NCBI GenBank assembly: GCA_027486555.1 | Contig: JAIXOX010000135.1 | Location: forward strand, 2,802-66,801 | DNA: 64,000 nucleotides | Source: Comamonadaceae bacterium | GTDB lineage: Bacteria; Pseudomonadota; Gammaproteobacteria; Burkholderiales; Burkholderiaceae_C | Direction: 5' to 3' | In this document: positions 60,358 to 64,000 of the stretch, in pieces | Layout: every line of letters begins with the position of its first letter | Numbering within the stretch: position 1 is the first letter of the stretch | The notes under the pieces: generated by a model | Seen by the model: the letters and a program-made list of their open reading frames with translations, nothing else | Databases searched by the model: none | What the model was told of the DNA's origin: nothing | Made by a program: the position numbers and the translations under genes

Positions 60358-61395
60358 TTACTGGAACTGGCTCAGGAAGCGCACATCGCCGTCAAAAAAC
60401 AGACGCAGATCGTTCACACCGTAGCGCAGCATGGTGAAACGGTCCATGCCCATGCCAAAGGCAAAACCGATGAAGCGCTCGGGGTCCAGGCCCATGTTGC
60501 GCACCACGTTCGGGTGCACTTGGCCGGAGCCGCCCACTTCGAGCCAGCGACCGGCCAACGGGCCGCTTTGAAACTGGATGTCGATCTCGGCGCTGGGTTC
60601 GGTAAAGGGGAAAAAGCTGGGACGAAAGCGCAGCACCAGGTCGTCGCTTTCAAAAAAGGTGCGGCAGAAATCGGTGACCACAACCTTGAGGTCCTTGAAG
60701 CTCACGTTTTCGCCAATCCACAGGCCTTCGCACTGGTGGAACATGGGCGAATGGGTGGCATCGCTGTCCACTCGGTAGGTGCGGCCTGGGGCAATGACAC
60801 GGATCTCGGGCATCGCTTGACCGGCGTCGATTTGGTTGCGGTAACGCTTGACGTGCTGCACCGCATGGCGGATCTGCATCGGGCTGGTGTGTGTGCGCAG
60901 CAGGTGACCGCCCTCGACGTAGAAGGTGTCGTGCATGGAACGGGCGGGGTGGTCTTCGGGCGTGTTGAGCGCGGTGAAGTTGAACCAGTCGGTCTCGATC
61001 TCGGGGCCTTGGGCCACTTCGAAGCCCATCGAGCCAAAAATGTTTTCGACCCGCTCCAGCGTGAGCGAGACAGGGTGCAAACCACCTGAGTTGGCACTGC
61101 GTCCCGGCAGCGTCACATCAAGCGCTTCGGCCTTGAGCTGGGCTTGCAATTCTGCGTCGGCCAAGGCCTGGCGTTGCGCGTTCAGCGCAGCCTCGATCGC
61201 CTGCTTGGCGATGTTGATGGCGGCGCCGCGGGTTTTTTTGTCTTCCACGCTCAGAGCGGCCATGCCCTTCATCAGCTCGGTGAGGCGACCGGCTTTGCCC
61301 AGAAACTGGGCCTTGGCGTTTTCGAGGTCAGCAGGTGTCAGTGCCTGCGCAAAACTCTGGCGGGCGGATTCGACCAGGGTGTCCAGCTCGTTCAT
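60358..61395 (-). CDS. pheS: Phenylalanine-tRNA ligase alpha subunit
   Basis: [29 protein letters not shown]. Confidence 0.96.
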   Translation of the reverse strand: MNELDTLVESARQSFAQALTPADLENAKAQFLGKAGRLTELMKGMAALSVEDKKTRGAAINIAKQAIEAALNAQRQALADAELQAQLKAEALDVTLPGRSANSGGLHPVSLTLERVENIFGSMGFEVAQGPEIETDWFNFTALNTPEDHPARSMHDTFYVEGGHLLRTHTSPMQIRHAVQHVKRYRNQIDAGQAMPEIRVIAPGRTYRVDSDATHSPMFHQCEGLWIGENVSFKDLKVVVTDFCRTFFESDDLVLRFRPSFFPFTEPSAEIDIQFQSGPLAGRWLEVGGSGQVHPNVVRNMGLDPERFIGFAFGMGMDRFTMLRYGVNDLRLFFDGDVRFLSQFQ

Positions 61396-61434
61396 GGTAA
61401 GGGAGATCGTTGAGTGATCTGTGAGTTTGGTAAT

Positions 61435-61473
61435 AAAAAAGGGATTGAAGCTTTTGTGAGCCTCAATCCCTTT
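61435..61473 (-). terminator. Terminator between rplT and pheS
   Basis: Minus strand AAAGGGATTGA...TCAATCCCTTTTTT. Confidence 0.75.
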
Positions 61474-61519
61474 GATCGAGTGCGTGGCACAGGCCCGAGG
61501 ACCCATGTCACTCATGGAC

Positions 61520-61882
61520 TCAAGCTGCGGCCAATTTGGCTTTGACTTGGTTCACGATGCCAGCAAAAGCGGCCTTGTCATGCACGGCGATGTCCGCCAG
61601 CATCTTGCGGTCGATTTCGATGGCAGCCTTCTTCAGGCCGTTGGCGAACTGGCTGTAGGTCAGACCGCATTCACGCGAGGCAGCGTTGATACGGGCAATC
61701 CACAACTGACGGAACACACGCTTTTTGGTGCGGCGGTCACGGTAGGCGTACTGGCCAGCCTTCATCACCGCCTGTTTGGCGATACGGAAGACATTGCCGC
61801 GGCGACCGCGGAAACCTTTTGCAAGGGCCAAAACTTTCTTGTGACGGGCGCGTGCCGTTACACCACGTTTAACGCGAGGCAT
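61520..61882 (-). CDS. rplT: 50S ribosomal protein L20
   Basis: [19 protein letters not shown]. Confidence 0.98.
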   Translation of the reverse strand: MPRVKRGVTARARHKKVLALAKGFRGRRGNVFRIAKQAVMKAGQYAYRDRRTKKRVFRQLWIARINAASRECGLTYSQFANGLKKAAIEIDRKMLADIAVHDKAAFAGIVNQVKAKLAAA

Positions 61883-61907
61883 ATTTATTCTCCTTGTTCG
61901 TCAGTAA

Positions 61908-62111
61908 TTACAGGCCAGCCATGGGCAGCATTTGCGCGATGTGACCCATATTGGTCTCATGCACAGACACAGCACCGCGAAGGTGGCGCTTGTTTTTGGT
62001 GGTCTTCTTGGTCAGGATGTGACGTTTGAAGGCTTGGCCGCGTTTAACGGTTCCACCGGGACGAACACGGAAGCGCTTTTTAGCACTGCTTTTGGTCTTC
62101 ATCTTGGGCAT
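61908..62111 (-). CDS. rpmI: 50S ribosomal protein L35
   Basis: [20 protein letters not shown]. Confidence 0.98.
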   Translation of the reverse strand: MPKMKTKSSAKKRFRVRPGGTVKRGQAFKRHILTKKTTKNKRHLRGAVSVHETNMGHIAQMLPMAGL

Positions 62112-62190
62112 ATCAATGCTCCTTTAATTGTGCTCGTGAGGCGTCTGCAAAAACTTTGCAGCCTTGTTGGCCCCGAGCCACTTTTAACAA

Positions 62191-62237
62191 AAGTCACCCG
62201 AAAGTGACTTCCGACCTGACCCACCCGCAGGCAGGTC
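62191..62237 (-). promoter_or_regulatory. Two hairpins in the infC-rpmI spacer, possible L20 autoregulatory leader
   Basis: AAGTCAC/GTGACTT and GACCTG/CAGGTC stems; position matches known L20 feedback sites. Confidence 0.4.
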
Positions 62238-62247
62238 AAATTCTCTT

Positions 62248-62844
62248 TTACACCGACTCCGCAGGTGCTGCTGCGTCGGCGGGTTTGCCGCTGGCCGGTT
62301 TTTTGCGGCCCGGTGCAATCATCATGATCATCTGGCGGCCTTCCAATTTGGGAAACTGCTCCACGGTGATCGAATCGGCCAACTCGTCGCGAATACGGTT
62401 GAGCAAGTCGATGCCCAACTCCTGGTGTGTGATCTCACGGCCACGGAAACGCAAGGTGATCTTGCACTTGTCGCCATCTGCCAAAAATCGCCGGATGTTG
62501 CGCATTTTGATGTTGTAGTCACCGTCGTCCGTGCCCGGGCGGAACTTGACTTCTTTGATGTCAATGACCGTTTGCTTGGCTTTGGCTTCTGCCGCTCGCT
62601 TTTGCTCTTGGTACTTGAACTTGCCGTAGTCCATCAAACGACAAACGGGTGGATTGGCGGTGGCGGCAATTTCAACCAGATCCACATCCATCTCACCTGC
62701 AAGTCGCAGGGCTTCGCCCAAGGACAAAATGCCCATGGGCTCATTTTCAGGGCCGGAAACACGGACCTCTGGGGCCATGATTTCACGGTTCAAACGGTGT
62801 TTACGTTCTTCGCGGTGGCGACGATCACGAAATTCGGTAGCGAT
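62248..62844 (-). CDS. infC: Translation initiation factor IF-3 with non-canonical ATC start
   Basis: AAAGGA RBS 7 nt before an in-frame ATC at 62844 (IATEFRDRR...); KLMDYGK-like [22 protein letters not shown]. Confidence 0.92.
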   Translation of the reverse strand: MATEFRDRRHREERKHRLNREIMAPEVRVSGPENEPMGILSLGEALRLAGEMDVDLVEIAATANPPVCRLMDYGKFKYQEQKRAAEAKAKQTVIDIKEVKFRPGTDDGDYNIKMRNIRRFLADGDKCKITLRFRGREITHQELGIDLLNRIRDELADSITVEQFPKLEGRQMIMMIAPGRKKPASGKPADAAAPAESV

Positions 62845-62930
62845 GACTCAATCCTTTACGGAACAAAACTGCGACATGCAGCCCATCCATCTTTGTGCCC
62901 ACGGGCCAAAGCTTGCGGCGAAACTCACCT

Positions 62931-64000
62931 TCAGGCTTTAGAAGCGATGTCGGCAGCAATGAGTTCAATGAACGCATCGATCGACATCACACCGAGGTCT
63001 TTGTTGCCTCGGGCGCGCACTGCGACGGTACCTGCTGCCTTTTCTTTGTCACCTGCGACAAGTATAAAGGGCAGCTTTTGCAACGAATGCTCTCGTATTT
63101 TATACGTGATTTTCTCGTTACGAAGGTCCAATTCAACCCTAAGGCCTTGATTTGACACTGACTTTTGCAGTTTTTCAGCTATTTCGCGACAGTAATCGGA
63201 CTGTGCATCGGTGATGTTGAGCACTGACACCTGCAAAGGCGCAAGCCATGTTGGCAAGGCGCCCGCATGCTGCTCGATCAAAATACCGATGAAGCGCTCC
63301 AAACTGCCGACGATGGCACGGTGCAGCATGATGGGGCAATGACGCGAACCGTCTTCCCCCACAAACTCAGCGTCCAGGCGCTCGGGCGAGTTGGGGTCTA
63401 CTTGGATGGTGCCGCACTGCCATTCACGACCGATCGCATCTTTCAAGGTGTATTCAATTTTGGGGCCATAAAACGCCCCCTCCCCCGGCAAATAAGAAAA
63501 TTCGCATCCCGAGGCACGCAATCCTTCAGCCAAAGCGTTTTCAGCACGATCCCAGCTTTCTTCCGTGCCAATGCGTTTTTCAGGTCGGGTGGAGAGCTTG
63601 TAGATGATGTCTGTGAAGCCAAAGTCTTTGTAGACGTTTTGCAGCAACTTGGTGAAAGCAACCACTTCACCTTGTATTTGGTCTTCGGTGCAAAAAATAT
63701 GGCCATCGTCTTGAGTGAATGCACGTACCCGCATGATGCCGTGCAAACCACCCGAAGGCTCGTTGCGGTGGCATTGGCCAAACTCACCAAAACGAAGTGG
63801 TAAATCGCGGTAGCTTTTGATCCCTTGCTTGAAGATGATGATGTGCCCCGGGCAATTCATGGGCTTCAAAGCGTAGTTGCGCTTTTCGGACTCGGTCACA
63901 AACATGTTCTCGCGGTACTTGTCCCAATGGCCAGTTTTTTCCCACAATTTTTGGTCCAAGATTTGCGGGCCTTTGACTTCAAGGTAGCCGTTATCACGGT
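62931..64000 (-). CDS. thrS: Threonine-tRNA ligase (3' part; runs off the window)
   Basis: [40 protein letters not shown]. Confidence 0.97.
   Translation of the reverse strand, partial: RDNGYLEVKGPQILDQKLWEKTGHWDKYRENMFVTESEKRNYALKPMNCPGHIIIFKQGIKSYRDLPLRFGEFGQCHRNEPSGGLHGIMRVRAFTQDDGHIFCTEDQIQGEVVAFTKLLQNVYKDFGFTDIIYKLSTRPEKRIGTEESWDRAENALAEGLRASGCEFSYLPGEGAFYGPKIEYTLKDAIGREWQCGTIQVDPNSPERLDAEFVGEDGSRHCPIMLHRAIVGSLERFIGILIEQHAGALPTWLAPLQVSVLNITDAQSDYCREIAEKLQKSVSNQGLRVELDLRNEKITYKIREHSLQKLPFILVAGDKEKAAGTVAVRARGNKDLGVMSIDAFIELIAADIASKA

Overview
64 kb from a betaproteobacterium, most likely Comamonadaceae (Burkholderiales), judged from gene order and protein similarity I recognise; no database was searched. 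Bases 1-~6913 are the right arm of an integrated element whose left end lies outside the window. It has a P4-like tyrosine integrase beside an att-like junction (arm-type repeats, a perfect IHF site, a tRNA-3'-end-like CTCCGCCA, then a host terminator). It also has a ~45-50% GC module (clamp-loader-like AAA+ ATPase, unknown 259-aa protein, divergent FseA-like putative activator, start of a possible AlpA-like gene) and a ~30% GC convergent cargo pair (unknown 366-aa protein, compact UvrD-like helicase). The rest is mostly core genome: livK, holC-pepA/lptFG, cbiX-cysB-ybdL, def, ligA-zipA-smc, dapC-dapE-prmB-ABC-F, tRNA-Lys, tcdA-yeeE-cpoB-pal-tolB, msbA, rng-maf-rlmH-rsfS-nadD-hemF-acyltransferase-purD-yebC, DUF853, clpAS, cspD, ihfA-pheTS-rplT-rpmI-infC-thrS(partial). 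Strongest leads: (1) the island's activator/ATPase module and its AT-rich candidate defence cargo; (2) a six-gene operon (16.7-23.1 kb) resembling a complete phosphate-to-galacturonate lipid A remodelling pathway behind a 9-1-9 operator overlapping a Pho-box-like repeat; (3) RsfS fused to a histone-H1-like tail; (4) a REP dimer supplying the dapC stop codon where dapD is usually found; (5) a yeeE-tcdA-tRNA-Lys(UUU) unit.
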